DNA of 64,000 nt, from contig JAFMKU010000006.1 of NCBI GenBank assembly GCA_017852795.1, positions 2,448-66,447 on the forward strand, written 5' to 3'. This document shows positions 27,676-39,909 of the stretch, in pieces (positions within the stretch are counted from its first letter, which is position 1; every line of letters begins with the position of its first letter). A program made the translations under genes and the position numbers. The notes beneath the pieces are model-generated. The model did no database searches. It was not told the origin of the DNA and saw only the letters and a list, made by a program, of their open reading frames with translations. The DNA comes from Candidatus Neomicrothrix sp. (GTDB taxonomy: Bacteria > Actinomycetota > Acidimicrobiia > Acidimicrobiales > Aldehydirespiratoraceae).

Positions 27676-28587
27676 ATGGCAATCTTCGTAGACGAAACCA
27701 CCAAGGTCATCTATCAGGGTCTGACTGGCTCGCAGGGCAGTTACTACGGCCGCCTCAATCGCGAGTACGGCACCCAAGTGGTGGCCGGTACCCACCCGAC
27801 CAAAGCCGGAACCGATGTCGATGGGGTTCCCATCTTCGCTTCGGTAGCCGAAGCGAAAGAAGCAACCGGTGCTACCGCGTCGTGCATCTTTATTCCCGCC
27901 CCCGGAGTTCAAGGTGCGATCCTTGAAGCGGCCGAGGCGGGGATCGAGTTCATCGTGGCTATCACCGAAGGCGTACCCGCCCACGACGAGGCCAACTTCT
28001 ACAACCGGTTGGTGAACGACTTCCCGAATACTCGACTGCTGGGCCCGAACTGCCCGGGGATCATCAGCCCCGGCCGCTGCAACATCGGCATTACCGCAGG
28101 CCACATCGCCAAGGAAGGCGGCCCGGTGGGGATCGTCAGCCGGTCCGGAACGCTCACCTATCAAGCGCTCTACGAACTCAAGCAGAAAGACATCGGGGTC
28201 ACGACCTGTGTCGGGATTGGTGGCGACCCGGTGCCGGGCACGTCGTTCATTGATTGTCTCAAAGCGTTCGAAGCGGACCCGGAAACCAAAGCGGTCATGA
28301 TGATCGGCGAGATCGGTGGCTCAGCCGAAGAAGAAGCAGCCGAGTTCATCAAGAACCACATGACCAAGCCGGTTTCCAGCTACATCGCTGGGGTTACCGC
28401 ACCGCCCGGGAAAAAGATGGGCCATGCCGGTGCTATCGTCTCGGGCGGCAAAGGCACAGCAGCAGCCAAGATGGAAGCGCTTGCCGATGCCGGAGTTAGA
28501 GTCGGACAGAATCCAACCGAGGCTGGTGATTTGATGGCGGAGATAGTCGCCGGCCTCGCTTCAAGTAGCCCGGGGGTCCCTGGCTGA
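27676..28587 (+). CDS. sucD: succinate--CoA ligase subunit alpha
   Basis: YQGLTGSQGSYY, SRSGTLTYQ, and the phosphohistidine loop GHAGAIVSGGKGTA. Confidence 0.95.
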   Translation: MAIFVDETTKVIYQGLTGSQGSYYGRLNREYGTQVVAGTHPTKAGTDVDGVPIFASVAEAKEATGATASCIFIPAPGVQGAILEAAEAGIEFIVAITEGVPAHDEANFYNRLVNDFPNTRLLGPNCPGIISPGRCNIGITAGHIAKEGGPVGIVSRSGTLTYQALYELKQKDIGVTTCVGIGGDPVPGTSFIDCLKAFEADPETKAVMMIGEIGGSAEEEAAEFIKNHMTKPVSSYIAGVTAPPGKKMGHAGAIVSGGKGTAAAKMEALADAGVRVGQNPTEAGDLMAEIVAGLASSSPGVPG

Positions 28588-28588
28588 A

Positions 28589-29698
28589 ATGACCAAACGG
28601 CGGGATCGACAATCAACGGCGGGCAAGGTCACCTTGACGGTGCTCGTCCTTGTTGCATTGGTGGGTGCGGCAGCCTGCCGTGATTCCACTTCAACGACGC
28701 TGGCCACGGATGCATCTGGCGACCAGACATCGGAAGATGCGGGCGCGGTTGAAGCGCAGGAGTCGGGTGAGGAACCGGCTCCAACGTCAACCCCGACCAC
28801 GCTGCCTGCGACGACGATCCCGGCGGTGCTTCCCCAACTGGCCTTCGACCCCACCGGCAGTCCGGTCAACGGCCAAACCCGTGGAGTTCTGGTTTTCGAT
28901 GAAGGCTGGGTCAGTCCGGTGCTCAGTGCCGTTCAGGGCGGTCATCGAATCTGGACCCCATGCGGGGTACAGGCCGATGCGTCGGGGGGAACGTTTGTCG
29001 AAACGGTCGACGTGGTGATTGACCCGGGGCACGGCGGGGAGATCGAGACTGGCGCAGTTGGGGTCGGTGGGCTGCGAGAAGCCGACCTGAACCTTGGGGT
29101 TGCTCGCCGGGTTGCGGACGAACTTCGAGACGCCGGGTTGACGGTGGTCCTGACCAGAGACAGCGACATTCGACTGCCGATCGTGACTCGCGCCGAAATC
29201 GCTCGTGCCCTGCAACCCAAGTTGTTTCTCAGCATTCATTTCAACGGGGGATCGACCACGTTCAGCCGAACCCCAGGCACCGAGATGTTCTTTCAATACG
29301 GGAACTCCGAGTCTCGGCGGCTGGCTGGTCTGATCTACGAAGAGGTGTTCGCCAAACTCTCCACTTACGACACCCAGTGGGTGGCGTTGAGTGACTCGGG
29401 GGTGATCTATCGCCTGAACCGAGAGAATGAAGATTTCTATGGGGTGCTTCGGCGCACGGGTGATGTGACCACCGTGCTGATCGAGTACCTCTACCTTTCC
29501 AACCCGTCGGAGGAACGCCTCGTTTCGGATTACGCCGTGCAACACGAACTGGCGATCGCAACCCGCAAAGCGGTCGTTCGGTTCCTCGAGACCGACGATC
29601 CTGGTTCCGGGTTCAAGGAGCCGATGTTTCGAGGGTACGGGTCGTCGGGGACCGGCGGATTGGGGGGTTGTGACGATCCGCTAGTGCAGGCGCCGTAG
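28589..29698 (+). CDS. N-acetylmuramoyl-L-alanine amidase (Amidase_3) lipoprotein
   Basis: Lipobox LVALVGAAAC. Low-complexity linker. Catalytic domain VVIDPGHGG...EADLNLGVA...LSIHFN. Confidence 0.8.
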   Translation: MTKRRDRQSTAGKVTLTVLVLVALVGAAACRDSTSTTLATDASGDQTSEDAGAVEAQESGEEPAPTSTPTTLPATTIPAVLPQLAFDPTGSPVNGQTRGVLVFDEGWVSPVLSAVQGGHRIWTPCGVQADASGGTFVETVDVVIDPGHGGEIETGAVGVGGLREADLNLGVARRVADELRDAGLTVVLTRDSDIRLPIVTRAEIARALQPKLFLSIHFNGGSTTFSRTPGTEMFFQYGNSESRRLAGLIYEEVFAKLSTYDTQWVALSDSGVIYRLNRENEDFYGVLRRTGDVTTVLIEYLYLSNPSEERLVSDYAVQHELAIATRKAVVRFLETDDPGSGFKEPMFRGYGSSGTGGLGGCDDPLVQAP

Positions 29699-29729
29699 GG
29701 GCCGAGCCGACCCTGCTAGGTTCCCCACG

Positions 29730-31253
29730 GTGACCGAACCACGCCGTGCTCTTCTCTCCGTCTTCGACAAATCCGGGATCGCCGAATTGGCGGCCGGGTT
29801 AGTGGACTTGGGCTGGGAGTTGATCTCCAGCGGAGGTACCGCGGCGGTGATCGCCAACGCCGGTCTGCCGGTTATCGATGTGGCCGATCACACCGGATCA
29901 CCGATCATGTTGGGGCATCGAGTGGTGACCCTGCACCCCAAAATTCATGGCGGGATCCTCGCTGACCGTTCCGATCCAGAACATCAGGCTGATCTCGAAG
30001 CCAACGGCATCGTGCCGATCGATCTGGTGGTGGTGAACCTCTACCCATTCCGGGAATCTCCAGGGATCGAAACGATCGACATCGGCGGTCCGACCATGGT
30101 CCGGGCCGCGGCGAAAAACCACGCCCATGTCGGGATCGTGGTTGATCCAGCGAGCTACGGCGATGTGATCAGCGAGTTGCGAGCCGAAGGATGGCTCGCC
30201 GAACAAACCCGCCGCCGACTGGCGCGGGCGGCTTTTGCCCATACCGCGGCGTACGACGCCGCCATTGTCGAATGGTTCGACGAGACCGGTTCCGACCCTG
30301 ACCCGCTTCCGCCCACCTTGCATCTGGCGTTAGAACGGGTCGAGTCGCTGCGTTACGGCGAGAACCCGCATCAGGCCGGGGCCCGCTACCGGCGAGCCCA
30401 TCAGCCCGGGATCTGGGACCGGTTGGTGCAACACAGCGGCATGGCGCTCAGCTACCTCAACTTCTTCGATGCTGAAGCGGCGTGGCGACTCGCGCACGAC
30501 CTCGGTGAACGACCGACGGTGGCCATCATCAAACACGCCAACCCGTGCGGGGTGGCGGTCGGAGCCTCGCTTGCTGATGCCTACGAAAAGGCCTTTGCCG
30601 GCGATCCCCGCTCCGCGTTCGGTGGGGTTGTGGCCTGCAACCAATGGGTTGATTTGGACACCGTGGAGGCCATGGAAACCGCGGCGCAAGCCGACGTGAT
30701 CTGTGCCCCGGGCTTTGCCGAGGGAGTAGTTGAGCGGCTGATTGCCAAACGCAAAAACACCCGCCTGTTGACCTTGGAGCCGCCGACCCCACCTCCGGCA
30801 TTGTCGCTCCGTGCGATCGATGACGGCTTTCTGGTGCAGCAACGACACCACTTCGCATCAACCCCCGACCAGTGGCAGGTTGTCAGCGAACGGCAACCAA
30901 CCGAGGCAGAACTCGACGATGCCTGGTTCGCCTGGCGGGTCTGTGGCCACGTGAACTCCAACGCCATCGTGCTGGCTCGCGATCAGGTGGCGTGGGGGAT
31001 TGGTGCCGGCCAGCAGAACCGGGTCGAGTCGGGACAGATCGCGGCCGCGAAAGCGGACGGTCGGGCGGAAGGGGGAGCGTGTGCCAGCGACGCGTTCTAC
31101 CCGTTCCCTGATGGTGTTCACGCCGCGGCGGATGCCGGAGTAGCCATCGTTGTCCAACCGGGTGGTTCGGTAGGCGACGAAGCCACGATCGCAGCAGCCA
31201 ACGAACGGGGGCTCGCCATGGTCTTTACCGGTGAACGCCAGTTCCTGCACTGA
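29730..31253 (+). CDS. purH: bifunctional AICAR formyltransferase / IMP cyclohydrolase
   Basis: RALLSVFDKSGI, GGTA..., VTLHPKIHGGIL, VVVNLYPF, IKHANPCGVA, QPGGSVGD. Confidence 0.95.
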   Translation: MTEPRRALLSVFDKSGIAELAAGLVDLGWELISSGGTAAVIANAGLPVIDVADHTGSPIMLGHRVVTLHPKIHGGILADRSDPEHQADLEANGIVPIDLVVVNLYPFRESPGIETIDIGGPTMVRAAAKNHAHVGIVVDPASYGDVISELRAEGWLAEQTRRRLARAAFAHTAAYDAAIVEWFDETGSDPDPLPPTLHLALERVESLRYGENPHQAGARYRRAHQPGIWDRLVQHSGMALSYLNFFDAEAAWRLAHDLGERPTVAIIKHANPCGVAVGASLADAYEKAFAGDPRSAFGGVVACNQWVDLDTVEAMETAAQADVICAPGFAEGVVERLIAKRKNTRLLTLEPPTPPPALSLRAIDDGFLVQQRHHFASTPDQWQVVSERQPTEAELDDAWFAWRVCGHVNSNAIVLARDQVAWGIGAGQQNRVESGQIAAAKADGRAEGGACASDAFYPFPDGVHAAADAGVAIVVQPGGSVGDEATIAAANERGLAMVFTGERQFLH

Positions 31254-31284
31254 AAACGCCAGCAGCAGAAGGGTTGTGGACTCG

Positions 31285-31965
31285 ATGGGAACAGCGAAAG
31301 ATCAGGAATGGGCGGCTGCGGTTCACCGAACCCGCCGCGCTCGAATCGCGTACGGTCTGACCCGGCGGATCGTCCGGAGCCTGCTGGTGCCGTGGCTACG
31401 AGTGCAGCATCGAGGGATCGAGAAGCTCGGCACTCCGGGCCCGGTGATCGTGGCTCCCGTCCACCGGTCAAACCTCGACGGGCCGCTGGTGGCGTCGCTG
31501 ACCCCCCGCCGGATCCGAGCGTTGGGGAAGCATTCGCTGTTTCGTAACCCGGTGGCAGCCTGGGTGATGGCTGCGCTCGGCACCATCCCGGTGCACCGGG
31601 GCGAAGCGGACCGTGAAGCGATGCGGGTAGCCCGAGACATCGTCGGTGGTGGCGAGCTGATGATCGTCTTTCCTGAAGGGACTCGGCAGTCGGGACGCAC
31701 CGTTGACGGCATGTTTGACGGGGTGGCGTATCTGGCGTCCAAGACCGGGGCTCAAATCATTCCGGTGGGTCTCGCCGGTACCGAACAGGCGATGGGTTCA
31801 GGTTCTCGGGGGATCCGTCGAGTCCGTTGCGCGGTGGTTGTTGGCGATCCGATCCCAGCTCCGGAGGGGCGCTTGAGCCGACCGGCGCTGACCGCGTTCA
31901 GCGAACGGGTGCGTGCCGACCTGCAACAGGCCTTCGACGAAGCGAACGCGCTACTCGACGATTGA
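31285..31965 (+). CDS. 1-acyl-sn-glycerol-3-phosphate acyltransferase family (PlsC-like)
   Basis: HX4D motif VHRSNLDGP and VFPEGTRQ. The ATG at 31285 was preferred to the track start at 31231, which overlaps purH. Confidence 0.8.
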   Translation: MGTAKDQEWAAAVHRTRRARIAYGLTRRIVRSLLVPWLRVQHRGIEKLGTPGPVIVAPVHRSNLDGPLVASLTPRRIRALGKHSLFRNPVAAWVMAALGTIPVHRGEADREAMRVARDIVGGGELMIVFPEGTRQSGRTVDGMFDGVAYLASKTGAQIIPVGLAGTEQAMGSGSRGIRRVRCAVVVGDPIPAPEGRLSRPALTAFSERVRADLQQAFDEANALLDD

Positions 31966-32019
31966 GAAAGCGGATCGGGGAGGAATGTTCCACGGTCTGA
32001 GGCGACTAGTCTCATCGGC

Positions 32020-33202
<1,183 letters not shown>

Positions 33203-33216
<14 letters not shown>

Positions 33217-34951
33217 TCATCTCTGGCGCCGCGGGGCGCGTCTGATCGTCCGCTCGCTCCGGGCCTACCCGGGGCTTCATGCGTTGGCTATGGCCGGGGC
33301 GATGGGTTTTGTTGCGGCGTCGATCGGTGGTGCGTGGGTGCTTCGCGCGGCCACCGACAACCTGGTGGTGCCGGCGTTTGACGATGGCGTTGTCGATGGT
33401 GGCGAGGTGCTCGTGATCGTCGTACTGGTCGTTGCCGTGTCCGTTGGTCGCGGAGTTGGCGTGATCTTTCGCCGCTGGTTCTTGTCGATGGCGGAGAATC
33501 GAACCCAACGAGACTGGCGTCGAAATCTCGTCCACCACTACCTCGACGTTCCCCTGCGTTTTCATCGGGAGCGCGCGGCGGGGACGTTGCTTGCCCACGC
33601 CGACATCGACCTGACCACCGCCACCATGGTGCTCAAACCGTTGGCGTTTTCGGTCAGCGTGCTGGTGTTGGTGCTGCTGGCGGTGGTGACGCTGTTGATG
33701 ATCCATCCGCTAATCGCCACGCTCGGCATCGTGCTCTTTCCTTTGCTGGTCGGGCTAAGCCGGAACTACACGAGTCGGGTCGAGCAGCCATCGGCTCGAG
33801 CCCAGGCCGCGGTTGGTGAAGTTTCGTCGGTGGCGCACGAAAGCTTCGAAGGGGCGTTGGTTGTCAAGACGTTGGGGCTCGAAGACGCCGAGGTGGCTCG
33901 TCTGAAAGGAGCGTCGGAACGGCTCCGCCAGGAACGTCTGGTGGTGGGACGTATTCGAGCCGTGTTCGAACCGACGATCGACGCGTTGCCCAACCTCGGG
34001 GTGGTTCTGCTGTTGTTGATCGGTAGTTGGCTGGTTTCGGAAGGTTCGGCCACTCCGGGCGATCTGGTCCTCGCCGCGGTCGTGTTCGGACTGTTAGCCA
34101 CCCCGTTGCGGGTATTTGGGTTCTTCCTCGAAGAGCTGCCCCGTTCGGTGGTGGCGCTGGATCGGGTTGATGAGGTGATGGCCGCTCCGATCGAGGATCG
34201 TGATGGTGAGCAAACTCTCCCCGAAGGCCCACTTGATGTTCGCGTTCGAGGGTTGGTGGTCCATTACGAGGGCTACGAGGTGTTGCACGGGATCGACGCG
34301 GACGTCGCCGCGGGACAGACGGTGGCGGTCGTGGGATCGACCGGGGCGGGAAAGACGACGTTGCTGGAAGCGGTCGCCGGCCTGCTAGATCCGGTGGCTG
34401 GGAGCATTCAGGTCGGCGGGCGGGATGTCAACGAGGTTTCGGCGGCGGATTGGAGCAGGGACGTCTCGATCGTGTTTCAGGAATCGTTTCTGTTCACCGA
34501 CTCGATCGCAGAGAACGTTGGTTTGGGGCGGGCAACAGCGGCCGACATTGCCTGGGCACTGCAGGTGGCGGGCGCAAAACGTTTCGTGAACGCGCTTCCC
34601 CACGGGGTGGACACGGTGGTTGGCGAACGGGGAGCGACGCTTTCGGGCGGGCAACGCCAGCGAGTCGCGTTGGCTCGGGCCTTGGCCCAACGGCCACGGT
34701 TGCTGCTACTTGATGATGCCACCAGCGCGGTGGATCCTCGGGTCGAAGCCGAGATTCTCGGCGCGCTCCATCAGGCGCTGGACATGACAGTGCTGATCGT
34801 GGCCCATCGTCTGTCCACCATTGCTCTCGCCGACGCAGTGGTCTACGTCGACGACGGACGGGTCGTGGCCGTCGGGCCCCACGAGGACCTGCTGGGGCGC
34901 GAGGACTATCGGGCATTGGTGACCGCCTATGAGCAAGGGTCGAACCTGTGA
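33203..34951 (+). CDS. ABC exporter fused permease/ATPase, subunit 1 (Walker B with Asp in place of the catalytic Glu)
   Basis: Six TM helices plus an NBD. Walker [18 protein letters not shown]. Walker [13 protein letters not shown]. Start is uncertain: TTG 33203 or ATG 33158. Both overlap the icd end, and the conserved N-terminus [13 protein letters not shown] must be included. Confidence 0.82.
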
Positions 34952-36783
34952 GTGAACCCTCAGCGTTCCCGGGGCTCGACGAGGTGGCGTCGTTGATCGA
35001 CGAGGACGTGCCAACCGTTAGCGCCACCGCAGTGTTCCGGCGTGGTGTTGCAGTCTCACCCGAGCTTCGGGCCGGGCTCGGGGTAACCGCAGCCATGGCG
35101 TTGACGGCGGCGGTTGGACGCCTGATCGTCCCGATTCTGGTCCAACAGGTGCTCGATCACGGCATCCTCGGCGAGAGTGGTTATCGGGCCGGGTATGTCT
35201 GGACGGTGAGCCTGATCGCGTTAGCGGTAGTGCTCGCCATCGCCGGATTGAGCCGGGTGGCACTGCTCCGGCTGGTGTGGATGGCCGAGACGGTCCTGAT
35301 GAATCTGCGAGTCACGGTGTTTTCCCATCTGCACCGGCTGAGTCTCGCTGACCACACCGAGAGTCGCCGCGGGGTGCTGGTGGCTCGGGTCACTTCCGAT
35401 GTCGAAACGTTGGCCCGGTTCACCCAATGGGGTCTGATTAGTTGGATTACCGACACCGCGATCATTGTCGGAACGCTGGCGGTGATGACGATTTACAGCT
35501 GGCAACTCACGGTGATGGTGATCCTGGTTCACCTCCCGCTCGTTCCCTTCCTTCGCTGGGTCCAGCGGCAACAGTTCGTCTCGTATGGCCTGGTACGGAC
35601 CCGGGTCGCGGAAACGCTCGGGCAGGTGTCGGAAACGGTGACTGGAGCATCAGTGATCCGGGCCTACGGTTACGACGGGCCGGTCGGGGAACGCCTCGAC
35701 GAGTCGATCGAACGGCAGTACCGGCAGCAACAGCGAAGCCAGATCTGGTTTGCCTGCATGCTCCCGGTGGTGGATCTGGTGTCGTCGGTGTCGTTGGCGG
35801 TGTCGTTGGGCGTTGGTCTGTGGTGGCGAGATGACCTTGGGCTTGAAGCCGGGCAGCTGGTTGCCTTCCTGTTTCTGGTAAACCTCGTGCTGCAACCAAT
35901 TTCGCAGCTTGGCGAAGTACTGGATCAGACCCAGACCGCGTTGGCGGGCTGGTGGAAAGTGCTCCGGGTGCTTGATGTGCCGGTTGACGTGACCGAACCC
36001 GAAGAGGGGACGGTGCTGGCCAGTGGGCCGCTCAGCATCGAGTTCTCCGCGGTGTGTTTCTCTTACCGGATTGGCGGTCTGGTGCTTGACGATGTCACCG
36101 TTCGAATCGAACCGGAAACGGTGGTGGCGGTGGTGGGCGAAACCGGGGCCGGCAAATCGACCTTTGCCCAGTTGGTGACCCGGTTGGCCGACCCGGTGGA
36201 GGGGGTGGTCCGAATCGGAGGTGTTGATCTTCGAACGGTGAGCCCCGAATCGAGACGCGCGGCGATCCGTATGGTGCCCCAAGACGGGTTTCTCTTCGAC
36301 TGTTCGATAGCGGACAACATCGGTTTCGGGCGGGCCGGTTCGAGTCGGGCCGATGCCGAACGGGCGATCGACGAACTGGGGTTGGGTAGCTGGGTTGCCG
36401 GTTTACCAGCCGGGTTGGACACGACGGTCGGGGAGCGAGGTAGTCGGCTTTCGGTCGGTGAGCGCCAACTGGTGGCTCTGGCTCGGGCCCAAGTGGCCGA
36501 TCCAGGCTTGTTGCTGCTTGATGAAGCAACGTCTTCGGTTGATCCCGAAACCGAAGAGGCGTTGGCGTCGGCGCTGGAGCGACTGGCTAGCGGCCGGACC
36601 ATGATCTCGATCGCTCATCGCCTGTCAACCGCGGAGCGAGCCGACCTGGTGCTGGTATTTGACCAAGGTCGGATTGTTCAATCCGGAAGCCACGAAACGT
36701 TGGCCGCAACCCCGGGGGTTTACCAAAATCTGTACCGGTCCTGGTTGGGCAACACCCGCAGCGGGCAGCCTCCGGCAACGTGA
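34948..36783 (+). CDS. ABC exporter fused permease/ATPase, subunit 2 (non-canonical signature LSVGE)
   Basis: GTGA overlap with subunit 1. Walker A GETGAGKST. Signature LSVGERQ. Walker B LLLLDEATSSVD. Confidence 0.85.
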   Translation: MSEPSAFPGLDEVASLIDEDVPTVSATAVFRRGVAVSPELRAGLGVTAAMALTAAVGRLIVPILVQQVLDHGILGESGYRAGYVWTVSLIALAVVLAIAGLSRVALLRLVWMAETVLMNLRVTVFSHLHRLSLADHTESRRGVLVARVTSDVETLARFTQWGLISWITDTAIIVGTLAVMTIYSWQLTVMVILVHLPLVPFLRWVQRQQFVSYGLVRTRVAETLGQVSETVTGASVIRAYGYDGPVGERLDESIERQYRQQQRSQIWFACMLPVVDLVSSVSLAVSLGVGLWWRDDLGLEAGQLVAFLFLVNLVLQPISQLGEVLDQTQTALAGWWKVLRVLDVPVDVTEPEEGTVLASGPLSIEFSAVCFSYRIGGLVLDDVTVRIEPETVVAVVGETGAGKSTFAQLVTRLADPVEGVVRIGGVDLRTVSPESRRAAIRMVPQDGFLFDCSIADNIGFGRAGSSRADAERAIDELGLGSWVAGLPAGLDTTVGERGSRLSVGERQLVALARAQVADPGLLLLDEATSSVDPETEEALASALERLASGRTMISIAHRLSTAERADLVLVFDQGRIVQSGSHETLAATPGVYQNLYRSWLGNTRSGQPPAT

Positions 36784-36871
36784 CGAACTTCTCATAGCCG
36801 CTTCATCGGGCACGGTGGAGCGCTGGTAGCGTTCTTCGGGTTCACCCCTGTCTGTCTTCGGAGATAACGCA

Positions 36872-37858
36872 ATGACCACCCCCGTTCGAGTAGCAGTCAC
36901 CGGCGCCGCCGGCCAGATCGGTTACAGCCTTCTGTTTCGTATCGCCAGCGGCTCCATGCTGGGCCCCGACCAACCGGTGATCCTTCAGCTTCTGGAGATC
37001 CCTCCGGCGATGGGGGCGCTTGAGGGGGTTGCGATGGAACTCGACGACGGCGCCTTCCCGCTGCTGGCCGGGATGACGCTCAGCGACGACCCAAACCAGG
37101 CTTTCGAAGGGGCCAATGTTGCCATGCTGGTCGGGTCGCGACCCCGCTCGAAGGGGATGGAGCGCAAAGATCTGTTGGAAGCCAACGGGGCGATCTTCAC
37201 CGCCCAAGGTGCAGCGCTCAACGGCCACGCCGCCGACGACATCAAGGTGCTGGTGGTCGGAAACCCGGCCAACACCAACGCGCTGATCGCCATGAACAAC
37301 GCCCCCGATATTGCCTCGGAGCGGTTCACCGCTATGACCCGCCTCGATCACAATCGGGCCAAAGCTCAACTCGCGCAGAAGGTAGGGGTGACGGTCAACG
37401 ACATCACCCGCATGACCATTTGGGGAAACCATTCGGCGACTCAATACCCCGACCTGTTTCATTGCGAAGTCAACGGTCAGAACGCGGCGGCGATGGTTGG
37501 CGATCAGGCCTGGCTCGAAGGTTCGTTCATCCCCACGGTGCAGCAGCGGGGAGCCGCGATCATTGAAGCCCGAGGATTGTCCTCAGCGGCGTCAGCAGCC
37601 TCGGCGGCGGTTGACCACGTCCACGATTGGGTGCAGGGAACCCCAGCCGGTGATTGGGTGTCGATGGCGATCCCGTCAGATGGCAGCTACGGCGTGCCCG
37701 AAGGTTTGATGTCTTCGTTCCCGGTGACCTGCAGCGACGGAAGCTATTCGATCGTGCAGGGACTCGAGATTGACGAATTCAGCCAGTCCCGTATCGACGC
37801 CACCGTTGCCGAACTCTCCGAGGAACGTGACACGGTCCGGGACCTTGGTCTGATCTGA
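36872..37858 (+). CDS. mdh: malate dehydrogenase (NAD-dependent, MDH type 2)
   Basis: [52 protein letters not shown]. Confidence 0.95.
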   Translation: MTTPVRVAVTGAAGQIGYSLLFRIASGSMLGPDQPVILQLLEIPPAMGALEGVAMELDDGAFPLLAGMTLSDDPNQAFEGANVAMLVGSRPRSKGMERKDLLEANGAIFTAQGAALNGHAADDIKVLVVGNPANTNALIAMNNAPDIASERFTAMTRLDHNRAKAQLAQKVGVTVNDITRMTIWGNHSATQYPDLFHCEVNGQNAAAMVGDQAWLEGSFIPTVQQRGAAIIEARGLSSAASAASAAVDHVHDWVQGTPAGDWVSMAIPSDGSYGVPEGLMSSFPVTCSDGSYSIVQGLEIDEFSQSRIDATVAELSEERDTVRDLGLI

Positions 37859-37873
37859 TCCGCCCCCGGCTGG

Positions 37874-38248
37874 TCAGGTGTGGCCGGGGTGCAGATGGCT
37901 CAGTGAGAGGCGCTGGTCAATCAGCAATTGAAGGTCGCCACCGATCCGGAGGTTGCCGTCCAGAAATGCCCGTTGGGCCGAGATTTCGCCACCAACAATG
38001 CTGAACGCGGTTTGATAATCGGCTCGGATAGTTACGTCCGGTTGCCGACCACAGGCCGGATCAACGACCATCGTTCCCTCACTGATCTGGACCTGCCAGC
38101 GGATCGGTTGATCGTCCTTGCCGTTGACCGTTTCCGGGTGGTGGTCGACGATCTGTTCAATGGTCAACGTCAACGTCGGGTCGGGTTGGGCCCGCTGCGC
38201 GTCGTCAGCGAGCCGTTCGAACCAGGCGGGGGTTAAGAAATCGCTCAC
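37874..38248 (-). CDS. SCP2 sterol-binding-domain protein
   Basis: The C-terminal pattern ADYQTAFSIVGGEISAQRAFLDGNLRIGGDLQLL is typical of the SCP2 fold. GTG start. Confidence 0.62.
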   Translation of the reverse strand: MSDFLTPAWFERLADDAQRAQPDPTLTLTIEQIVDHHPETVNGKDDQPIRWQVQISEGTMVVDPACGRQPDVTIRADYQTAFSIVGGEISAQRAFLDGNLRIGGDLQLLIDQRLSLSHLHPGHT

Positions 38249-38342
38249 CTCGTCAGGCTAGGAGCAAGCCGCCTAGCATCGCCTAGGTGGACGATCTGGT
38301 TTCCTCGCCGACAACCGTTCGGTCAAGCTTCGGCGGCTCACG

Positions 38343-38999
38343 ATGATCGACACGGAGAAGTTTGATCCTGGGTTCCCGCATCCGGGGACCAACGACACCA
38401 TCGAGTTTGACTGGGTAGCCCGAGACCGCTTGCTCGCTGGCTTCCTGAGGATCTCGGTCCGACCCGCCGACCAGTGTTCTTGGTGCAGCGTGGTGGTTCA
38501 CCCTGTGGGGTCGCAACCGGTCGTGGTTCTTGATTGGAGCCTGCCGACCGCGTCGGGCGGCTTTGCGTTTCGAGCACCCGGGATCTGGGCCGATCTGGTT
38601 TGCGAAACTCCGATCGAGCAGTGGACGGTAGGACTTGAGGCGTTCGGTGTGGCGGTCGAACCGGGGGAGGTACTGACCCCGGATAGTTTCGGAGAGCGCA
38701 CCCCGGTCGGTCTTGATCTCGATGTGGAAGCGATCTCGGCTCCCGACGAGTTGGTGTCAGGGTTCGAGCATCAGGTCAGCGTCCGCGGTGAAGTGTTGGT
38801 CGGCCCCGACGCTTACGAGATCGACGGGCGTGGAACTCGGCGGCGCTGGTGGGGACCATACGAACCGTTGCTCGAACGGCAGCCGCCGGACCTGGAGATC
38901 CAAACTCAGATCGCGATCCAATGGCCTGACCGCCCGACGCCGCATCGCCGCGGCTGGGTGCTCGGCAGCCGTCCCGGTTGGGTTGAACTCTCGTCCTAG
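38343..38999 (+). CDS. hypothetical protein
   Basis: 218-aa ORF with coding-like composition and no motif I can name. Its TAG stop shares the palindrome CTAG (38996-38999) with the stop of the convergent DUF368 gene. Confidence 0.45.
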   Translation: MIDTEKFDPGFPHPGTNDTIEFDWVARDRLLAGFLRISVRPADQCSWCSVVVHPVGSQPVVVLDWSLPTASGGFAFRAPGIWADLVCETPIEQWTVGLEAFGVAVEPGEVLTPDSFGERTPVGLDLDVEAISAPDELVSGFEHQVSVRGEVLVGPDAYEIDGRGTRRRWWGPYEPLLERQPPDLEIQTQIAIQWPDRPTPHRRGWVLGSRPGWVELSS

Positions 39000-39904
39000 T
39001 GGGTGAGGCGTTCGCTGATCCGAGCGAAACCGAGCACCACGAGCAGGCCAAGCACCGCCAGCAACGTGGGACCCAGCCAGGTGTCGGCGGTGGGCCAGTC
39101 AAGACCGGCCCCGTTCACGATCTCGGTGTCGATGTCGCTGATCACCCCAACTCCGTTCGGCCACGGCCACAGCACCCGCAACGAACCGAGCATGAGCCCC
39201 ATCAGAACGGCACTGACCGGTTGCTGGTGGCGTTCGAGTAGCCAACCCAGCAGCGAAGAGAACAACGCCAGACCCAGCACGGCTCCGAAAGCCACGAACA
39301 CCAGATCGCCGAGCGCCCGGTCGTGAACCGCACCGATCACCGCTCCATACATGCCGATCATGAGCAGTAGAAACGAACCGGAAATGCCTGGAAGGATCAT
39401 GGCGCAGATCGCCACGGCGCCGGCCCCGATCAGTACCGGAATGCTGGGATCGGTGACCGGACCGCTGCGAAAGCCCAACAGAACGAACAAGACCGCACCG
39501 GTACCGATCGCAACCAGAAGGTAGCTCCGGCCCGAAGTCGGGAACATCTTCCAGGCAATGATGATCGAGCCGATCACCAAGCCAAGGAACAGGCCGGCCA
39601 TTTCCTCCGGGTTCTGGTTCAGCTGGTGTTCGATTACCCCAGCCAAGGTGCCGATGGCCACCAGAATGCCGGCCAGAAGTGGCAACAGGAACGACAGGTC
39701 AAGGCGTTGCACTTCGGCCCAACTTCCCCGAGGGTTGGCTTTACCCAGCGCAACGAGGGCGCGGGTCCCGGTGCGGAGCGTTTCGATGAGTCGGTCGTAG
39801 ATCCCGAGCACGAGAGCGACCGTCCCACCCGACACCCCCGGGACAACGTCGGCTGATCCCATCAGGAAGCCGCGAACGAATTGGGTTAGGACCTTGGGGA
39901 ACAT
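38996..39904 (-). CDS. DUF368 membrane protein (PopT-type candidate undecaprenyl-phosphate translocase family)
   Basis: FLMGSADVVPGVSGGTVALVLGIYDRLI and a second PGISGSFLLLMIGMY repeat are DUF368 hallmarks. About 8 TM helices. Confidence 0.8.
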   Translation of the reverse strand: MFPKVLTQFVRGFLMGSADVVPGVSGGTVALVLGIYDRLIETLRTGTRALVALGKANPRGSWAEVQRLDLSFLLPLLAGILVAIGTLAGVIEHQLNQNPEEMAGLFLGLVIGSIIIAWKMFPTSGRSYLLVAIGTGAVLFVLLGFRSGPVTDPSIPVLIGAGAVAICAMILPGISGSFLLLMIGMYGAVIGAVHDRALGDLVFVAFGAVLGLALFSSLLGWLLERHQQPVSAVLMGLMLGSLRVLWPWPNGVGVISDIDTEIVNGAGLDWPTADTWLGPTLLAVLGLLVVLGFARISERLTH

Positions 39905-39909
39905 ACCCG

